Assembly (NCBI RefSeq): GCF_044647545.1
Contig: NZ_CP172818.1
Direction: 5' to 3' (one strand)
Origin: Escherichia coli
GTDB lineage: Bacteria; Pseudomonadota; Gammaproteobacteria; Enterobacterales; Enterobacteriaceae
Length of the DNA: 64,000 bases
Shown: piece after piece, positions 35,080 through 46,913 of the stretch
Layout: each line of letters opens with the position of its first letter
How positions within the stretch are numbered: position 1 is the first letter of the stretch
Translations under genes and position numbers: made by a program
Notes under the pieces: model-generated
What the model was told of the DNA's origin: nothing
The model's input: only the letters and a program-made list of their open reading frames with translations
Databases searched by the model: none

Positions 35080-36744
35080 ATGTTAAAACGTATCAAAATT
35101 GTGACCAGCTTACTGCTGGTTTTGGCCGTTTTTGGCCTTTTACAACTGACATCAGGCGGTCTGTTCTTTAATGCCTTAAAGAATGACAAAGAAAATTTCA
35201 CTGTTTTACAAACCATTCGCCAGCAGCAATCCACGCTGAATGGCAGCTGGGTCGCGTTGTTGCAGACGCGTAACACCCTCAACCGCGCGGGTATCCGCTA
35301 CATGATGGATCAGAATAATATTGGTAGCGGTTCAACCGTTGCTGAGCTGATGCAGAGTGCCAGTATTTCGCTGAAACAGGCGGAAAAAAACTGGGCGGAT
35401 TACGAAGCGTTGCCGCGTGACCCGCGTCAGAGCACCGCCGCAGCGGCAGAGATCAAACGTAATTACGATATTTATCACAATGCGCTGGCGGAGCTGATCC
35501 AACTGTTAGGTGCAGGCAAAATCAACGAGTTCTTTGATCAGCCGACTCAGGGATATCAGGACGGTTTCGAGAAGCAGTATGTGGCTTACATGGAACAAAA
35601 CGATCGGCTCCATGATATCGCCGTCAGCGATAACAATGCCTCCTACAGCCAGGCGATGTGGATTCTGGTGGGCGTGATGATCGTCGTACTGGCGGTCATC
35701 TTCGCCGTCTGGTTCGGTATTAAAGCCTCGCTGGTAGCGCCAATGAATCGCCTGATTGACAGCATTCGTCATATTGCAGGCGGCGATCTGGTGAAACCGA
35801 TTGAGGTGGATGGCTCTAATGAGATGGGGCAACTGGCAGAGAGTTTGCGCCATATGCAGGGAGAGCTGATGCGTACCGTCGGTGATGTGCGCAACGGGGC
35901 CAATGCCATCTATAGCGGTGCCAGCGAAATCGCTACCGGCAATAACGATCTCTCTTCGCGCACCGAGCAACAGGCTGCTTCGCTGGAAGAGACGGCAGCC
36001 AGCATGGAGCAACTGACCGCAACGGTGAAACAGAACGCCGAGAATGCGCGCCAGGCCAGCCACCTGGCGTTAAGTGCTTCTGAAACGGCGCAACGCGGCG
36101 GCAAAGTGGTAGATAACGTGGTGCAGACTATGCGTGATATCTCCACCAGTTCGCAGAAAATCGCCGATATTATCAGCGTAATTGACGGCATTGCCTTCCA
36201 GACCAATATTCTGGCTTTGAACGCGGCGGTTGAAGCAGCGCGTGCGGGTGAGCAAGGACGTGGTTTTGCGGTGGTTGCGGGAGAAGTGCGTAATCTGGCC
36301 CAGCGTAGCGCCCAGGCGGCTCGTGAAATTAAAAGCCTGATTGAAGACTCGGTGGGGAAAGTGGATGTTGGCTCTACGCTGGTCGAAAGCGCCGGGGAAA
36401 CAATGGCGGAGATTGTCAGTGCTGTGACCCGCGTGACGGACATTATGGGCGAAATTGCTTCTGCTTCTGATGAGCAGAGCCGTGGTATCGATCAGGTTGG
36501 CTTAGCGGTTGCTGAGATGGACCGGGTAACTCAACAGAACGCCGCGCTGGTGGAAGAATCTGCCGCCGCCGCCGCCGCGCTGGAAGAGCAGGCCAGTCGC
36601 CTGACCGAAGCAGTGGCAGTGTTCCGGATTCAGCAACAGCAGCAACAGCAGCGTGAAACATCGGCTGTGGTAAAAACCGTGATGCCAGCTGCGCCGCGTA
36701 AAATGGCCGTGGCAGATAGCGGTGAGAACTGGGAAACGTTTTAA
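35080..36744 (+). CDS. tsr: Methyl-accepting chemotaxis protein I (serine chemoreceptor)
   Basis: 554-aa [30 protein letters not shown]... with HAMP, methylation helices and C-terminal NWETF pentapeptide. Confidence 0.9.
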   Translation: MLKRIKIVTSLLLVLAVFGLLQLTSGGLFFNALKNDKENFTVLQTIRQQQSTLNGSWVALLQTRNTLNRAGIRYMMDQNNIGSGSTVAELMQSASISLKQAEKNWADYEALPRDPRQSTAAAAEIKRNYDIYHNALAELIQLLGAGKINEFFDQPTQGYQDGFEKQYVAYMEQNDRLHDIAVSDNNASYSQAMWILVGVMIVVLAVIFAVWFGIKASLVAPMNRLIDSIRHIAGGDLVKPIEVDGSNEMGQLAESLRHMQGELMRTVGDVRNGANAIYSGASEIATGNNDLSSRTEQQAASLEETAASMEQLTATVKQNAENARQASHLALSASETAQRGGKVVDNVVQTMRDISTSSQKIADIISVIDGIAFQTNILALNAAVEAARAGEQGRGFAVVAGEVRNLAQRSAQAAREIKSLIEDSVGKVDVGSTLVESAGETMAEIVSAVTRVTDIMGEIASASDEQSRGIDQVGLAVAEMDRVTQQNAALVEESAAAAAALEEQASRLTEAVAVFRIQQQQQQQRETSAVVKTVMPAAPRKMAVADSGENWETF

Positions 36745-36792
36745 TCGCCATAAAAATGCCCGATAAGCAAAATGTTATCGGGCATAGGGAGA

Positions 36793-38154
36793 TTAATCTT
36801 TCCGTGGGTCGTTGATCGGCTGACGAACCAGGAAGATGTACGCCAGTGCCCCCGCTGCGGTGACGCAACCGCAGATGATTAGTGCCAGACGGAATGAGTG
36901 GGTGGTATCAACAATAAAACCAGTAATGATCGGCGCAAAAGAGGCGCAGATGAAGCTGGCAAAGTTCTGGATACTGCCCACCGACGCAGTCATGCGAGAA
37001 GCAACTGCGACGTGGATCAAGCCCCAGCAGGATGTTCCGGCAAAGTGAATACAGAACAGTGCCATACCAATCAGCAGAACCGCTGTCATGGATGTTGTCG
37101 CTTGCGGTACGACCAGCGTAAAGGCGGCAGAACAGAACATCCCGGCAATAATGCAGATCTTACGGCTTTTAATCGGAGCCATTCCCCCTTTGACCAGCCA
37201 GTCAGTAACGTAACCGTTGACCAGCATCCCGGCAGCCCCAAACAGGAAAGGGATAGCCGCCATCAACCCTGTGCTTTTTAAATCCAGGTTATAGGCTGTT
37301 TGCAGGTAACCAGGAAGCCAGGCCAGATACAGCCACGCAGTGTAGTTGATGCCACTGAATCCGAGCATCATTCCCCACATTGTGCGGTTACGGAACAAGC
37401 TGCGCCATTCGGCAAAACTGAGCGGATCTCGGCGGGCATTGACGCTACCTGCATTGAGATAAGCTTGTTCAACGGCAGTCAGTTCTACGTGCTCGCGGTT
37501 GCGATAGAGCATATACCAGCCGATGGCGAGAAAAATCCCCAGTACACCAATGGTAATAAACATCCCGCGCCAGCCCATCACCAGCATCATCGCCGCCAGA
37601 ATCGGTGGGCTTACGGCAACGCCAATGGTAGAAGCTGCGTTGAAGAAGCCCATCGGGCGTCCGCGCTCTTTGATGTTGAACCAGTCGTTAATGACTTTTA
37701 CACCGCATGGGTTCATCGGCGCTTCACCAATTCCCATACCGATACGCACCAACACGAACTGCGTAAAGCTGTGCACCATGCCAGACATTGCCTGGAACAG
37801 TGACCAGAAGAACATCCCCAGTCCCAACATCAGGCGCGGGCCTTTACGATCCAATAGTGGGCCGCAAGGAAGTTGCGCAATCCCGTAAGCGAGTGAAAAC
37901 ACGGAGAGCAAAGCGCCGATTTCGGTGGCACTTAATCCCAATTCTTCACGAATCGTTAAATTTGCTACCGACAGCGAACTGCGGTCGAGATAATTGATTA
38001 CCGCCGCAAAAAATAATAACAACATGGCGGTGGTTTGAATGCGTTTAATTCGGGTACTGCGTTGAACTAATCCATCTGGTGGCACGGGAATATCTGCCGA
38101 CGAAGATGGAGTAAATGAAGAACGCGGATCGAGGGTGATATTTTCTTTTTCCAC
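36793..38154 (-). CDS. lgoT: L-galactonate:H+ symporter (MFS)
   Basis: 453-aa MFS ORF. Confidence 0.8.
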   Translation of the reverse strand: MEKENITLDPRSSFTPSSSADIPVPPDGLVQRSTRIKRIQTTAMLLLFFAAVINYLDRSSLSVANLTIREELGLSATEIGALLSVFSLAYGIAQLPCGPLLDRKGPRLMLGLGMFFWSLFQAMSGMVHSFTQFVLVRIGMGIGEAPMNPCGVKVINDWFNIKERGRPMGFFNAASTIGVAVSPPILAAMMLVMGWRGMFITIGVLGIFLAIGWYMLYRNREHVELTAVEQAYLNAGSVNARRDPLSFAEWRSLFRNRTMWGMMLGFSGINYTAWLYLAWLPGYLQTAYNLDLKSTGLMAAIPFLFGAAGMLVNGYVTDWLVKGGMAPIKSRKICIIAGMFCSAAFTLVVPQATTSMTAVLLIGMALFCIHFAGTSCWGLIHVAVASRMTASVGSIQNFASFICASFAPIITGFIVDTTHSFRLALIICGCVTAAGALAYIFLVRQPINDPRKD

Positions 38155-38370
38155 GCCGGACTCCTGTATTTATAATTTTAATTGTTTACGTAATTGTGCA
38201 TTACGCAAGGTTGACATTAACGGCAGGTTAAAGTTTTAGGACTTTACTACCGCTCACAAAAAAACATTTTTAGTCGACTGATTGTGAGCATAGGTAAGCG
38301 GGAATTTTCCGGTATTTATCTTTTGATAAAACCGTGCACCCGCTAATAGTTTGCTGTTTTTAATCCGTAC

Positions 38371-39285
38371 TTAATGAGCATAACGCATGTTCTCATTAAT
38401 GGATCGAATCATTGATTGTTTAGCTGAATTCAAATGGTTACGGAGCGCAAGGGTGGCATCAAGGTCACTGCGGCAAATCAGAGCGCTGAGAATGGTCATA
38501 TGCTCATCGACGGCAATGATATTGCGCTGTTTAAGATCGCTTTCGTCCCATTGATAGTGAAAATGAAAGATGACTGATATGATCTCAAGCGATTGTTCAA
38601 AAAAGATATTGTCGGCAGCTGAAAGCAGTAAGGAGTGAAAATCTCTGTCAAGTTGCGAGAACATGCGAAAGCTATTGCCGATGTTGTCACGCAGTAGCCT
38701 GTGACGTTCGAGCATGGTTTTCGCCTGCAGCCAGCGGGGATCATGATCAGGCAGGTTGAGAAAGTGCTGAAGTGAATGTGTTTCGAGCATTTCGCGTAGC
38801 TCAAACAGCTGCTCGGCGTAGGATTGATCGAATTGCTTCATGCTCCACTGGCCGCGCTTTTCGCTTTGAATAAGATTATAACGGCCGAATTTTAAAAGAT
38901 ATTCTCTTACAACCACCGGGCTGACACCCGCGGCCCGAGCCAGTTGCAGTTCAGAAAAAGTTTCCCCTGGGCGTAACTGGCGCTGGTTTATCATCGTGAA
39001 AAAAGCCTGCTCAAACACTTTGTTTTGTTCACTCATTGAAGCGGTAGTACAGGCGAAACCGTCATCATGGTCAGGTTTACGCGCAATAACATAGTCGTTT
39101 CCAACCTGCGTTAAGACGCCGCATTCGCGTAAGTGGCTGAGAATATGACGCACTGTAGTGCGGCTGATGTTGTACATTTCCGCCAGCGCACTTTGCGATG
39201 GAAGTGGGGAAGGGATATGACCCCGCGCCATATCATCAATGACCTGGTTAATCACATTGTGGCGTAAATTTTGTGAACGACTCAT
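38371..39285 (-). CDS. lgoR: GntR-family transcriptional regulator of L-galactonate catabolism
   Basis: 304-aa ORF with N-terminal HTH (..MYNISRTTVRHILSHL..). Confidence 0.8.
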   Translation of the reverse strand: MSRSQNLRHNVINQVIDDMARGHIPSPLPSQSALAEMYNISRTTVRHILSHLRECGVLTQVGNDYVIARKPDHDDGFACTTASMSEQNKVFEQAFFTMINQRQLRPGETFSELQLARAAGVSPVVVREYLLKFGRYNLIQSEKRGQWSMKQFDQSYAEQLFELREMLETHSLQHFLNLPDHDPRWLQAKTMLERHRLLRDNIGNSFRMFSQLDRDFHSLLLSAADNIFFEQSLEIISVIFHFHYQWDESDLKQRNIIAVDEHMTILSALICRSDLDATLALRNHLNSAKQSMIRSINENMRYAH

Positions 39286-39423
39286 ATTTTCCTCCTTGTG
39301 AGTCCATTAAAACCCGATTTAAAACATTTTTATGCGCGTGTTTTCACAAAACAGATTTTCCGTTCCGCTGCCATTTTTCATTTTCATTGATATCTAAGGC
39401 AACAAAAAATGGAGAGCCGAATC

Positions 39424-40446
39424 ATGTCTACGATGAATGTTTTAATTTGCCAGCAGCCGAAAGAATTAGTCTGGAAACAACGCGAGATTCCTATTCCGGG
39501 TGACAATGAAGCATTAATAAAAATTAAGTCTGTCGGGATTTGCGGTACCGATATTCATGCCTGGGGTGGAAATCAACCATTTTTTAATTATCCACGGGTT
39601 TTAGGCCATGAAATATGTGGGGAGGTTGTTGGGCTGGGTAAAAATATTGCTGATCTTAAAAATGGTCAGCAAGTTGCTGTGATCCCTTATGTTGCCTGTC
39701 AGCAATGCCCGGCGTGTAAAAGCGGGCGTACCAATTGCTGTGAAAAAATTTCAGTCATTGGCGTGCATCAGGATGGCGGTTTTAGTGAGTATTTGAGCGT
39801 GCCGGTGGCGAACATTTTGCCCGCAGACGGTATTGACCCGCAGGCGGCCGCATTGATTGAACCTTTCGCTATTAGCGCTCATGCGGTGCGTCGCGCAGCC
39901 ATTGCTCCCGGCGAGCAGGTGCTGGTGGTCGGAGCGGGGCCAATCGGTCTGGGCGCGGCGGCAATCGCTAAAGCCGATGGCGCACAGGTGGTGGTGGCGG
40001 ATACCAGTCCGGCGCGCCGTGAACATGTGGCAACGCGTCTGGAGTTGCCCGTGCTGGACCCGTCAGCCGAAGATTTTGACGCGCAGCTGCGGGCGCAGTT
40101 TGGTGGTTCGCTGGCGCAGAAAGTGATCGACGCGACAGGTAATCAACATGCGATGAATAACACCGTGAATCTGATTCGTCACGGCGGCACGGTGGTATTT
40201 GTCGGCCTGTTTAAAGGTGAGTTGCAGTTCTCCGATCCGGAATTCCATAAAAAAGAAACGACGATGATGGGCAGCCGCAACGCCACGCCGGAAGATTTCG
40301 CTAAAGTCGGTCGACTTATGGCGGAAGGGAAAATCACTGCCGACATGATGTTAACCCATCGCTATCCGTTCGCCACGCTGGCAGAAACCTACGAGCGCGA
40401 TGTGATTAACAATCGTGAGTTAATTAAAGGCGTAATTACTTTCTGA
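39424..40446 (+). CDS. lgoD: L-galactonate 5-dehydrogenase (zinc-dependent MDR family)
   Basis: ORF 39409-40446; ATG at 39424 (MSTMNVLICQQ...) with RBS GGAGAG; GHEICGEV zinc motif and GAGPIG Rossmann motif. Confidence 0.85.
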   Translation: MSTMNVLICQQPKELVWKQREIPIPGDNEALIKIKSVGICGTDIHAWGGNQPFFNYPRVLGHEICGEVVGLGKNIADLKNGQQVAVIPYVACQQCPACKSGRTNCCEKISVIGVHQDGGFSEYLSVPVANILPADGIDPQAAALIEPFAISAHAVRRAAIAPGEQVLVVGAGPIGLGAAAIAKADGAQVVVADTSPARREHVATRLELPVLDPSAEDFDAQLRAQFGGSLAQKVIDATGNQHAMNNTVNLIRHGGTVVFVGLFKGELQFSDPEFHKKETTMMGSRNATPEDFAKVGRLMAEGKITADMMLTHRYPFATLAETYERDVINNRELIKGVITF

Positions 40447-40473
40447 TAAGGCGAGATTATTAAAGTTGCCATG

Positions 40474-40508
40474 CAGCGTCCGGGGAAGTGTTGGGCGCTG
40501 TTTTTTTT
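40474..40508 (+). terminator. Intrinsic terminator after lgoD
   Basis: Hairpin cagcgtcc...gggcgctg followed by tttttttt. Confidence 0.7.
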
Positions 40509-40527
40509 CTGTTTCTCAATGATGTTT

Positions 40528-40576
40528 TGTAGGCCGGAGAAGGTGTGTAGGTCGCACCTTATGCGACCTACACATC
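40528..40576. repeat. REP-like palindromic element
   Basis: tgtaggccggagaaggtgtgtaggtcgcaccttatgcgacctacacatc, between the convergent lgoD and opgB. Confidence 0.55.
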
Positions 40577-40585
40577 AGTCAGGAA

Positions 40586-42877
40586 TTACCCTTCACGTTC
40601 CACAACTTTAATTTCCACCATGCCGATCCCGAGCTTACGCGGCGAGTGTCCGAGGATATTCCCTTCGTTGGTTGAGACAGGTTCCGGCGGCACAATTACC
40701 AGTGTGTCGGCATCGGTTGGGTTATCGAAATGCAGTGTGGTGGTGGTCACTTCATTGCCCAGCACAAGAGTTTGTTCTTCATTGCCTACGCGTACCGGAA
40801 TAGGACGGCTGGCGTTATTGCCGTATGCTTTGGCGGTAATCACCAGGTCAAATTTCTTCGGCAGCGGATGCTTGTACTCGATTTTTACTTCATCGCCCAG
40901 CTGCGCGTTGGACCAGCGGCCCCACGACTCCGGACGGGAAATCCCGCTAAACTGTTTCACCTCTTCTGGCGCACCGGCGACGTTAAAGATGAAACTGTCG
41001 GCTTTGTAGCGAATATCGTTATCAACAATCTTCAGCGTATCGACATTGCCTTTGTAACGCGCCATGTCGATGACCGTATCTTTAAATGCCGTCTTGCTCT
41101 TCCATGTTGTTTTGTCAACATGCTGGACAATTTGCTGACCGCCAAGCTGCCCCTGCGAGACACACCAGTCGGTGGAAAGTGCCAGTTCCGGAGCCCAGAG
41201 TTGTGCCATCTTATAGCAACGGTCAACCCAGACGAAATTGTCGCGTGGAGCGAAATCGGCCAGCTGGAAACGCAGCGGTGCTGAGTATTCGCTTTCCGGC
41301 AGCGGTTCCACGCGTTTGTCTGAAACCCGCAACAGCAGCGGCAAACGGAAATGGCTACCCGAGAAGGCAATCATGTTTTTCTGCTGGTCGATGGTGAACT
41401 CTTTCATCTCTTTAGGGAATTTCCACAGGCGGATGATATCTGGCTTCCACGCCAATGTTTTCTCTTTGATATTGAGGAAGATTTCCGACATCGACTGCCC
41501 GGATAAACTGCTACGACCAAGTCCGAGATAGTTATCGCCACCGAGAATGTCCAGCACCGTCGCGCCGTTATCCATCGTGTTACGCTTCACTGCCAGCGTC
41601 TCTTGCTGCGGCTTGTCGCCACGAATGACAAAAAACAGGTTATTGCGATCCTGCTTATTGAGGTATTTCCACGCCGTGTTGTTCATCGCTAAATGGTCAG
41701 AAGAGACGACGATGACAGTATCTTTAAACCACGGTGACGCTTTGATTTTGTTGATAAACGTCGCGATATTCTCCTGGCTGCAACTTACCGCGCTGAATGA
41801 CTGATTCGGTTTACCGTCAAAATCATATTTTTTGCGGTTACAGGTACGAGAAATAAAACCATCCGGGTGATGGGTATCGACTGTCAGGGTAAACAGTGAG
41901 AATCGCTGACCTGAGCGGGAAAGCTCTTCAAACTTTTTCCACGCTTCATCGAGAACGGTATCGTCGTAGAATCCCCAGTCGTTGCGATAGTGCGGGTCGG
42001 CTACCACGCTTTTCAGCTCTTCTGAGCCGTATAAGTGGTCGAAGCCGTGCGATTTCAGGAACACATCTTTACCGGCAAAACGCAGATTTGCGCCCTGCAC
42101 GAAATAGTTCTGATAACCCGAGTTTTTCAGGATATCGCCCAGACAGATGTTCTGCGGGAAGAAGCTGGAGACAGAGGCGGAGGCGTTGCCTTCAAAGGGG
42201 GCAAACAGCGGTATGCCGCACTGAGAAGCCACCATGCCCGCAATCGTGTAATCCGTTCCTGGCAGCTGCTGCGTGTGGCTGAAATCCAGGCCTTCATTTT
42301 TCAACGCGCCCAGTTCAGGCGTGAGATCCGGGAAAGCCTCGTTATCAAAATAGGTTCGCTCGAGACTTTCGCCATAGATATAAACCAGGTTGAGTTTCGG
42401 GTCAGGGATAGTTTTCGACGGCTCTTTATAATAAGCCGCAAAGTCCGGGTCGCCATCGCGTGACTGGGATTTCACCAGTTCCGTTATCTGACGAAATGCC
42501 GGGCTGGCGTCCACCGAACCCAGCGCCAGTAAGAGCGCCAGCAGGCTGTAACCAAAATGGTGCGGATGATGGCGACGACGGCGCAGGATCCAGCCCAGCG
42601 CACCGAACACCGCTGTCAGCCCCAGCACAATGCCGATACCCGGCAGGATGTATTTGCTGACGCCAGCACCGGTCAGGCTGTTGGTTAAGGTATAGAGAAC
42701 CGCGTCGTTAATACCATCGCCAGTAAAATAGTCGCTGGCAAACAGGGTGATATTTAAAACGACAAATAGCCCCAGCACTGTTAATGTGGCTGCAAACCAC
42801 CAGGTGTTACGTCCCGCTTTCCATGCGTAAATCAGCACAGAGGCGAGAAAAAGGGCGAAAGAGAGTAGTTCTGACAA
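40586..42877 (-). CDS. opgB: Phosphoglycerol transferase I (osmoregulated periplasmic glucan biosynthesis)
   Basis: 763-aa ORF with N-terminal TM domain and sulfatase-like domain. Confidence 0.9.
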   Translation of the reverse strand: MSELLSFALFLASVLIYAWKAGRNTWWFAATLTVLGLFVVLNITLFASDYFTGDGINDAVLYTLTNSLTGAGVSKYILPGIGIVLGLTAVFGALGWILRRRRHHPHHFGYSLLALLLALGSVDASPAFRQITELVKSQSRDGDPDFAAYYKEPSKTIPDPKLNLVYIYGESLERTYFDNEAFPDLTPELGALKNEGLDFSHTQQLPGTDYTIAGMVASQCGIPLFAPFEGNASASVSSFFPQNICLGDILKNSGYQNYFVQGANLRFAGKDVFLKSHGFDHLYGSEELKSVVADPHYRNDWGFYDDTVLDEAWKKFEELSRSGQRFSLFTLTVDTHHPDGFISRTCNRKKYDFDGKPNQSFSAVSCSQENIATFINKIKASPWFKDTVIVVSSDHLAMNNTAWKYLNKQDRNNLFFVIRGDKPQQETLAVKRNTMDNGATVLDILGGDNYLGLGRSSLSGQSMSEIFLNIKEKTLAWKPDIIRLWKFPKEMKEFTIDQQKNMIAFSGSHFRLPLLLRVSDKRVEPLPESEYSAPLRFQLADFAPRDNFVWVDRCYKMAQLWAPELALSTDWCVSQGQLGGQQIVQHVDKTTWKSKTAFKDTVIDMARYKGNVDTLKIVDNDIRYKADSFIFNVAGAPEEVKQFSGISRPESWGRWSNAQLGDEVKIEYKHPLPKKFDLVITAKAYGNNASRPIPVRVGNEEQTLVLGNEVTTTTLHFDNPTDADTLVIVPPEPVSTNEGNILGHSPRKLGIGMVEIKVVEREG

Positions 42878-43130
42878 CGGGCGATCCTCACTAAACCGGG
42901 CCGTTTAGCCAACGTTTAAGCTTTTTGAGAAGCACAATGTAATGGCGTCGCCATATTGCTGCAATTCTAGTGTCAAAAAAATGCGATGTTGTTAGGAATT
43001 AGTTTATAAACAGACTTTTTTGATCGCGGTCGCTTCCCGTGTAACAGGGGGAAAACCGTCCAGGAGCAGGGAAAAGGGCAGGAGAGAGCCGCGTCAGCCG
43101 GGTAACAGCTAAAACGCGGCGTTTCGCGGT

Positions 43131-43628
43131 TCAGGAAATGAAGTTCAGCCCCTGCTTTAACACCAGATCGCAGGCTTTGGTTTTCACCTTTTCTGCCAGC
43201 GGAGTCGTTCCGATGTTATCCAGATTGAGTTGCTGACCATCTTTGGTTTTCAGCAAACCCTGAATGCCATCCAGATAGTTGGTGTCTTCTTTTTGCTCTT
43301 CACTGTTCAGGCCCAGCTTTTCCAGCACCTGGTTCTTGATGTTTTCGGCATCGGTTACCGAAGCCAGCTTTTGCTTCGCGCAGTATTGCAGAATGCCTGC
43401 GGCGTTGTTCATGTTATCTGCGCTTAAGCCCTGGTTCCCGCTGCTAAGCAAGTTAGTTAATGACGCGAGCGACCAACCGCCTTCCTGTGTCGTGCTGTTT
43501 TGGTTGCCAAGTTCGCTGGCGGCGCTGGAGAGCGCATCTTTCCAGGACGCAGCATGCACCCCGGTGGAAATTAATGCGCTGGCGGCAATGGCACAGCACA
43601 GAAGATGTTTAACAGTTTTCATCATCAT
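43131..43628 (-). CDS. yjjA: DUF2501 periplasmic protein
   Basis: 165-aa ORF with signal peptide MMMKTVKHLLCCAIAASALISTGVHA; exact start Met uncertain. Confidence 0.75.
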   Translation of the reverse strand: MMMKTVKHLLCCAIAASALISTGVHAASWKDALSSAASELGNQNSTTQEGGWSLASLTNLLSSGNQGLSADNMNNAAGILQYCAKQKLASVTDAENIKNQVLEKLGLNSEEQKEDTNYLDGIQGLLKTKDGQQLNLDNIGTTPLAEKVKTKACDLVLKQGLNFIS

Positions 43629-43673
43629 TACTCAAGGTGGAATTGTGTAGCAGTATACCGCCAGAAACGGGGA

Positions 43674-44411
43674 TTAATACTCTTTACCTGTTACACGGCT
43701 ACGGTAGCTATCCCAGTTGAAGATCACCCACAAACTGTTACCCAGGCGCATACGGTCCATCACGCGTTCGCCCAGCAACTTGGTCATCTCTTCCATATTA
43801 CTGTTGGTCAGCATCCCGGTTGGGCGTTTGGAAGAAGAGCGGCGATCGACGATCTGGTTGATGATCACTTTTTCGTATTTCGATTCGGTCTGCACGCCGA
43901 TCTCATCGATCACCAGCAGATCAACGTTGCTCAGATCGTTAAGCAGTTGTTCTTCGCTGGTACCGCTATTCCTGAAGGTATCTTTCATCGCCGACATAAT
44001 ATCGGCCACGGTGATGATCAATACGGATTTACCGCGTAGCAGCAGCTCGTTGCAGATTGCCGCCGCCAGATGGTTTTTGCCGGTTCCTGGCTTACCAGAA
44101 AAGATGAAGCTGGCGATGTTGCCGTCAAACTCTTCGACATACTGGCGCGCTTTGCTTAACGCATTCATCTGCCCTTCACACTCAACGCGATAGTTCTCAA
44201 AGGAGCAGTTCTGATGCAGTGGACGAATACCGGAGCGGTTAAAGGTGCGCTGCATTTTCATCGCCCGATTTTCACGTTCGAGAGCGGCGGAGCGGATCGC
44301 TCCTTGTTCTTTTTGCCAGGCCAGTAGTTCTTCACCCGTTTTGAATGCGGGTTTGATATGGGCAGGCATCATCTTTTGCAGGCGTTGCATCAGGTCGCCA
44401 ACGTTTTTCAT
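43674..44411 (-). CDS. dnaC: Helicase loader DnaC
   Basis: 245-aa ORF with Walker A GKPGTGKNHLAAA. Confidence 0.95.
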   Translation of the reverse strand: MKNVGDLMQRLQKMMPAHIKPAFKTGEELLAWQKEQGAIRSAALERENRAMKMQRTFNRSGIRPLHQNCSFENYRVECEGQMNALSKARQYVEEFDGNIASFIFSGKPGTGKNHLAAAICNELLLRGKSVLIITVADIMSAMKDTFRNSGTSEEQLLNDLSNVDLLVIDEIGVQTESKYEKVIINQIVDRRSSSKRPTGMLTNSNMEEMTKLLGERVMDRMRLGNSLWVIFNWDSYRSRVTGKEY

Positions 44412-44413
44412 CG

Positions 44414-44953
44414 TTACCCTCTGAATCCTGGTGGAATTTGGCTGTCAGGTTCACTGACCGTATTCACATCTCGTTTCGGCAGTCCGCCGTTGCTGGCACG
44501 ACCGATTTGCAGGCTGCGCGCCAGTTTTTGTTGCCACTGTACATGGTGAAAGACTTTACCTTCCGCCTGCCAGTAGGCAATGAATGAGGCCAGTTCTTCG
44601 GTGGTCACCGGCTCTCTTAGTGCCACGCCCCATAGCGCCGCCAGGCGGATAAAGTCGGCATCGGGTTGCCAGTCCGGATACATGGCGAATTTCCCCATGG
44701 GTACAGCAACGGGAGCGGCTTGCGGTTCCTGATAGAGTTGATCGTCCAGAGCGACATCGCTTCCCGGACGCGCCAGCTTTTCTTCCAGCGCCAGCAGTTC
44801 AGCCAGGCGTGCAGGCGTGACGGCATAAAACGCCGGGGCATTGTTAGCAAATACGGCAACCACACCGCCTTCAGCTTTTGCCAGAACGGTTTGGTGATCC
44901 TGTACCAGGGCGTCAATACCAACGACGTCCGGGGTCAAAACTCTGGAAGACAT
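44414..44953 (-). CDS. dnaT: Primosomal protein DnaT
   Basis: ORF 44414-44965; ATG at 44951-44953 ([17 protein letters not shown]...); ends 2 bp before the dnaC start. Confidence 0.9.
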   Translation of the reverse strand: MSSRVLTPDVVGIDALVQDHQTVLAKAEGGVVAVFANNAPAFYAVTPARLAELLALEEKLARPGSDVALDDQLYQEPQAAPVAVPMGKFAMYPDWQPDADFIRLAALWGVALREPVTTEELASFIAYWQAEGKVFHHVQWQQKLARSLQIGRASNGGLPKRDVNTVSEPDSQIPPGFRG

Positions 44954-45060
44954 ACTGTTTCTCAAATATGGAACGATGAACGAGAAGGGAGATAACTTTT
45001 ATAGTAACACACGGAGGAGAGGAGGCTGTCTCTCATCCGCGTGCTTTAAGTGAGGCAATT

Positions 45061-45534
45061 TTATACGCGAGGGCGCTTGCGGTACAACCATAATCCAGGA
45101 ATGGAAAGACCGATGGATAACGCACCAACAATTGATGAAGCTGTAAGAAAGTTGGTTAACAGGGTAATCATCAACGGTTCGCTGTAGCCTAGCTGACTGA
45201 TTTTTACCGCCGAAATCATTGCAGTATAAGCTGATATGCCAGGAAACATAGGGATAACAGCCGCCACGGTAAACACTTTCGGATGCGCCAGATACCAGCG
45301 CGACCATTGAATACCAATGGTGCCGACCAGCATAGAAGCCATAAAGGTTGACCACTCAATATTCAGCCCGCTGGTCATTAAGATCATTCGGGAACCATGA
45401 CCAATCGCGCCAAGCAGCGCACACCAGCGTAATGCCCGAACGGGAACGTTGAACACCATCGCAAAGCCGACCGCTGGAATGGCGGCGAGGATCATATCCT
45501 GCGCCAATGCAAACAGAAACTCGATCACACCCAT
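45061..45534 (-). CDS. yjjB: Succinate exporter subunit YjjB (DUF3815)
   Basis: ORF 45061-45549; start [20 protein letters not shown]...; overlaps the yjjP 3' end. Confidence 0.75.
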   Translation of the reverse strand: MGVIEFLFALAQDMILAAIPAVGFAMVFNVPVRALRWCALLGAIGHGSRMILMTSGLNIEWSTFMASMLVGTIGIQWSRWYLAHPKVFTVAAVIPMFPGISAYTAMISAVKISQLGYSEPLMITLLTNFLTASSIVGALSIGLSIPGLWLYRKRPRV

Positions 45535-46295
45535 CCGCGTAGCCCCCAAATCGTCAGTGCCATCACCACGCCGACGCAGGTAGCCAGTGTCAGCAGACTG
45601 GCGATCGCCCAGCGTGCCAGTCCGGTATTGATGTGGCCTTTAAACATATCGGCGACGGCATTAATCAACGGAAAGCCCGGCACCAGCAGCAGAACGCTGG
45701 CGGCCATTGCAATGGTGGGTGTATTGCTGAAGGTGGGAAGTTGCAAAAGCAAACCGGAAATAGTGGTGGCGGCGAAAGCGGTGAGGCAAAAGTTGATCTG
45801 TGGATGAAGATGACGTTGTGCCAGTAGCTGGCGGATATACATCGCGGCCGTACTGGCAAAGAAGGTGATGACGGCACCATCCCAGCCACCGTTATTGAGT
45901 TTACAGAAACAGGCGCAAGAAAGGCCAACCATTAAGGCTACCAGCCATCTTGGGTAACGTAATGGCTGAATTTGGCTAAATCGTTTCTCTACGCCTTTGT
46001 AATCCAGCAGATGGTGCTCCGCCAGAATCACAATGTGCTGGACTTCAGTCACCACATGCATATTAATGCCGCGATCGTGATTTTTACGTGTCGATGTCAG
46101 GCATTGCCCATCTTTAATGGTTGTCAGCACTATGGCGTTCGAAGAGATAGAACTTTCGACGCTGTCCATTCCCAGCGCCCGACCCAGTCGTGAGGAAAGC
46201 TCATCAACCAACGCGCTTTCCGCACCATGTTGCAAAAGAAATAATCCACACTGGATACAAAGCCGTGTTACGGCTCGCTGTTGCTCAGTTTGCAT
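45525..46295 (-). CDS. yjjP: Succinate exporter subunit YjjP (ThrE/DUF1212 family)
   Basis: ORF 45525-46358; ATG at 46293-46295 ([17 protein letters not shown]...) gives 256 aa. Confidence 0.75.
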   Translation of the reverse strand: MQTEQQRAVTRLCIQCGLFLLQHGAESALVDELSSRLGRALGMDSVESSISSNAIVLTTIKDGQCLTSTRKNHDRGINMHVVTEVQHIVILAEHHLLDYKGVEKRFSQIQPLRYPRWLVALMVGLSCACFCKLNNGGWDGAVITFFASTAAMYIRQLLAQRHLHPQINFCLTAFAATTISGLLLQLPTFSNTPTIAMAASVLLLVPGFPLINAVADMFKGHINTGLARWAIASLLTLATCVGVVMALTIWGLRGWV

Positions 46296-46379
46296 AACTC
46301 GCCCTTTGTCATAGACGTGCTGCGTATTGTTCAGATAATGAGAATTCATTTGTATCATGAAGCACGGTTGTTTTGCGGT

Positions 46380-46910
46380 AGGTTAAGATCAAAATTGCGC
46401 TGATTAATCCTGGTTATCGGGAGAAGCTCGGTGATAAAAAGCGAATTATCTCTCGCCGCAAACAAATTATCACATGAATATTATCACCATAATGAATTTA
46501 TTGTTTGGCCTTTACGAATCAGGATAATAGATAACTGGGCGCGTTTTTTAATGCCAACAAGTTAAAACAATCAGATTTTATTGAATAAATATTGGTTGTG
46601 TGATTTTGCATTTTGCGGGAAGAGGTATCATTGAATTATAAATTAAATGAATGATATTTCTGTTTTTCATTAAGTATTTCTAACAACTTAATGTAGATAT
46701 TTTAAATGTCTCCAGGCTATTTCACCAGATTATCATTTGATGCTAACCTTCTGACACATGCAGTGGAGTTGTTGTGCAGCAGGAGTATGCTGATATGAAA
46801 GTGAATGCTAAGGATAATTTATTCGCTTAATCTATTAATTTGCTGGAAACATTTAAGGAATGAATATCCTGAATAAACCATCATGATTTTTAGACAGTGG
46901 ATGTGGAGGA
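46380..46910. promoter_or_regulatory. AT-rich yjjP-yjjQ intergenic region (candidate H-NS-silenced, LeuO-activated yjjQ-bglJ promoter region)
   Basis: About 530 bp of strongly AT-rich DNA with A/T tracts upstream of yjjQ. Confidence 0.5.
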
Positions 46911-46913
46911 AAT

